DNA of 64,000 nt from the NCBI RefSeq assembly GCF_964204645.1, contig NC_134029.1, positions 15,308,950-15,372,949 of the forward strand, read 5' to 3'. The notes below the pieces were generated by a model. It was not told the origin of the DNA, did no database searches, and saw only the letters and a program-made list of their open reading frames with translations. Source of the DNA: Tubulanus polymorphus. Taxonomy: Eukaryota; Animalia; Nemertea. A program made the position numbers and the translations under genes. Positions 60,593-64,000 of the stretch are shown piece after piece (the first letter of the stretch is position 1; every line of letters starts with the position of its first letter).

Positions 60593-62290
60593 TATCTTGG
60601 TCCCCACAGAACAGAGAAATCGGAAAAAATCTTGGGAATTTTGAAATGATAATTCCCAGTTTTTAAATATTTCGAAATTGGAAAAAAAGTCCTCATATTA
60701 GGGAAATATTTGGGAAATTCATTACATTTATCGTATTGCTTTTGCCGAGGGCAACTTTCTTCGACGATTTCGCTTGGGACTCACCTTTATCAACCAGTCA
60801 CCACTTAAATGTTGACAGTAGCACGATGGGTGGTTGAGATTCATTTGGGAAAATTAAAAAATTACCCATGAAATATCTGGAAAAAACTTGGGAATTTTGA
60901 ATTCATATAATTGTGGGAACGATGAAATATTCTTGTTTGCGAAATAGCCGCTTGCAGTTTCCTCCACGCACGGTGTTGCCGACACATTCCGTGGCAAAGT
61001 TTTACGTAACTAGTCATTACAGATAACAGACCAATGGACAAGGCTTTCAAAGAACACCTTCACTCGTTGAACATTGATGAAAGGATCATCGATAACTTAG
61101 AAAAAGTGAAGGTTAGGTACAAAGTCATAGGCCTATCCTATTGTTTCCTTTTTCGCCATAGGCATGTAACCAGACACAGCGCTGTAACAATATGATCGAT
61201 TTTTTCTTCGCGAAATTTGGACGATTTTAGATCATGTGGTTATGAAAGTGCTGAAGCGTCATTTCGAATTACGGGTTATGTTTTACCTTTAAATTACAAA
61301 CGTAAAATTAATTAGGTCACGATTTTATATAATTGCGAAATATCGTGAATTAGGTTTCATTAATTACAAATTATATTTTACGTTTTAAGAATTGAAAATC
61401 ACGTATTTCGTTTTGCGAATTACAAATTATATTTTCATAATTGAACCTGTCAATATCGCAACAAATGTATTCCCGTCCACTAGCACCTCTGCAAACACTT
61501 CAGTCCATAATGAAATAGATGCGAAAGAAGTTCTTGTCATTCACAATGTGAATATTGTCTGTAGTCGTATTTAGCAACTCAGATATTCTACACTGCTCCC
61601 TTGAAATAAAACGGATTTTAGACGAAAAGTAAGAGGTCGGCGCAGGAACAGGGGTAATCCTTGACGCGTTCGGTGCTTTTTGCTAAAGGTTTTATATTCA
61701 GAACACTGTCGGTGACGAAGTTCGAGTGCCTTTTATACGCCACGATTTTATCGAGAAAAATTGATGGCTCATGCACCAATAAAAATAAAGGGCTATGAAG
61801 AAAGTGGACATTTGGCGGTAAAATTGGCACCGCCATTTTGTGAAAGTTTCACGTATGGCTATCCTATGTCTAACCTCGAGGACTCATTCTTTGGTTATGT
61901 ATACGTATCTGTGAGGGAAACTCTCAAATCGGCGATAAAGACATGTCAAAGGACTCGACAAAGAACAACTTGCCTATTTCCTACGGTTTTGCACTGGAAG
62001 TGATATTCTGAGCGAGGGAAGCATTTCGATCACTTCTAGTCACATAGCCGAAATTTGCAAAACCATCGGTCATGCATGTGGTAAAACCCGGGAACTTCCA
62101 GATGAATTTGAACACTATGCTGAATAAAATTAAATGTTTAACAAACCTTTTGCTGGTGGGATCAAAGCCCAGTTATGGGATATGGACATGGTGTATACGT
62201 ATGATATATAGAAATAAAACGAAATCGAAATTTAAGAATTATACTTTTTTTAAATTTAAATTCTAATTCAGTAGGAATCCATTCAATTTT

Positions 62291-63513
62291 CCGGTAATAA
62301 AATGCAATCCAGGTTAAAAATTAGACTTCGAGAAAAATGTCAATGCTTCAATTTCAACTTTCTCCGAAAGTGTATCATTATGCATTTTAAGAGTTCGAAA
62401 TGTTCGAAAAGTTATTTCATTATGCATTCTAAGAACTCGAACAGCCATCTTTGTATCTCATACGGAAACGCTTTATTCCCGAACGTTTTATTGGCGGTCA
62501 ATGGAATAGAAATGTCTTTCCATGGTATTTAAAACAAAATGATAATTTCTCAAATTTAACAATTAAAAATCGAATTTCAGTCAAATTTTAAGTTGATTTG
62601 GTTTTTGGGAGGACTTGCAACATGAAAATTTATCTTAGGTTGCAATGAATTAAAACCTGTCAGCTGCATCACATAAACACTAAGGCAGTTACTCTCCCGC
62701 CCAACCCCTACTTGGATTGTTCTAGTCACCCAAAGATAAAATTGAGTCTATACGGGGTTGAATTGACCTACTCACGCTGATCATTAACCGGTAATAAAAC
62801 GCAATCCAGGTTAAAAATTTGACTTCGAGAAAAATGTCAATGCTTCAATTTCAACTTTCTCCGAAAGTGTATCATTATGCATTTTAAGAGTTCGAAATGT
62901 TCGAAAAGTTATTTCATTATGCATTTTAAGAACTCGAACAGCCATCTTTGTATCTCATACGGAAACGCTTTATTCCCGAACGTTTCATTGGCGGTCAATG
63001 GAATAGAAATGTCTTTCCATGGTATTTAAAACAAAATGATAATTTCTGAAATTTAACAATTTAAAATCGAATTTCGGTCAAATTTTAAGTTGATTTGGTT
63101 TTTGGGAGGACTTGCAACATGAAAATTTATCTTAGGTTGAGTGGAATCGCTTTCTCGCCCCAATGAAGGCATATGCTTGGATTACAAGTTCATTTAAATT
63201 TCATTCAGTATAAACCTTCAATCAGCCAAAAACCTTTGAATCCAATTCAATCCAATTATATTCGGCAAAATCGCCCAGTCCAATGCATATCAATTCTTTT
63301 TCCCACCAAATGTACAATTCACTTCTAATTCGGCTGGATGATAATTTCTAAAATTTGCACGCCTTGCAATGAATTAAAACCTGTCAGCTGCATCACATAA
63401 GCACTAAGGCAGTTACTCTCCCGCCCAACCCCTACTTGGATTGTTCTAGTCAGCCAAAGATAAAATTGAGTCTATACGGGGTTGAATTGACCTACTCACG
63501 CTGATCATTAACC
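62291..63513. repeat. Recent local duplication A-B-A'-spacer-B'
   Basis: A 62291-62642 matches A' 62788-63139. B 62643-62789 matches B' 63367-63513. Both pairs are nearly identical. Confidence 0.85.
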
Positions 63514-63609
63514 CCCAAGCTATCTTTTAGTCAATTAAAATAGTGGGTGCAACATTTTTCTTCAGATCCAAGGTAAAATTTGGATAAACAAGGTTGCCCC
63601 TCAGTAGTA

Positions 63610-63751
63610 ATAGGGAATATGTTGTTCTGGATCAAAGGTCGAACGGTCGTGTGAGTAAAAAATTAAAATAAATCCTCGCAAGCTCGAATTTATTTTGATT
63701 TTTTACTCACTCGACCATTCAACCTTTGATCTAGAACAACATATTCCCTAT
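63610..63751. repeat. ~140-bp imperfect palindrome (MITE-like hairpin)
   Basis: ATAGGGAATATGTTGTTCTGGATCAAAGGT.. and ..ACCTTTGATCTAGAACAACATATTCCCTAT. Confidence 0.85.
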
Positions 63752-64000
63752 CACTCTTAGATATTCATGTTTTAAAAGTGAGAGTAAAATGTTAACAGAA
63801 TAATCTAGAAAAATAAGATCGAATATAGATTTCGAATGATAAATTCTTATTTTTAACATAAAAAGTGTGAGTAAAGTGTGAGTGAAATAATTCATATTTA
63901 AAACAGTGAATATTTATATTTATATGAGTTAGATTCTAATTTTTAAGCATAAAAAGTGTGAGTAAAGTGTGAGAGAAATAATTCATATTTAAATCATTGA

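Overview
AT-rich animal (probably bilaterian invertebrate) nuclear DNA. The host gene is a fibrillin on the + strand. Seven GT-AG, phase-1 exons (22882-58983) encode TB, three cbEGF, a split hybrid domain and one more cbEGF, which is the TB2-cbEGF7-9-Hyb2-cbEGF10 order of vertebrate fibrillins. The introns are filled with mobile DNA. The largest item is a decayed but near-complete 15.6-kb Polinton/Maverick-type endogenous virus (38434-54056). It has short TIRs, a protein-primed PolB, an rve integrase, an A32-like ATPase, probable major and minor capsid genes, a block of membrane-protein genes and a zinc-finger/VLTF3-like gene. Two related partial copies lie at 8885-15614 and ~36940-38325, plus a small fragment at 6355-6478. 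Also present are a BEL/Pao LTR retrotransposon, several LINE remnants, Helentron-like tandem repeats rich in CTCF-like motifs, a MULE-like element with a 10-bp TSD, and foldback/MITE elements. The most notable observation is that the Polinton pPolB carries the remnant of a LAGLIDADG homing-endonuclease intein ending at the catalytic DTD motif (pol-c site). The same element has a VLTF3-like factor and a shared T-run/TAAATG motif at most gene starts, which together suggest a link to large DNA viruses. All protein calls come from motif recognition by eye; no database search was run, and most boundaries are approximate to within tens of bp unless a junction is quoted.
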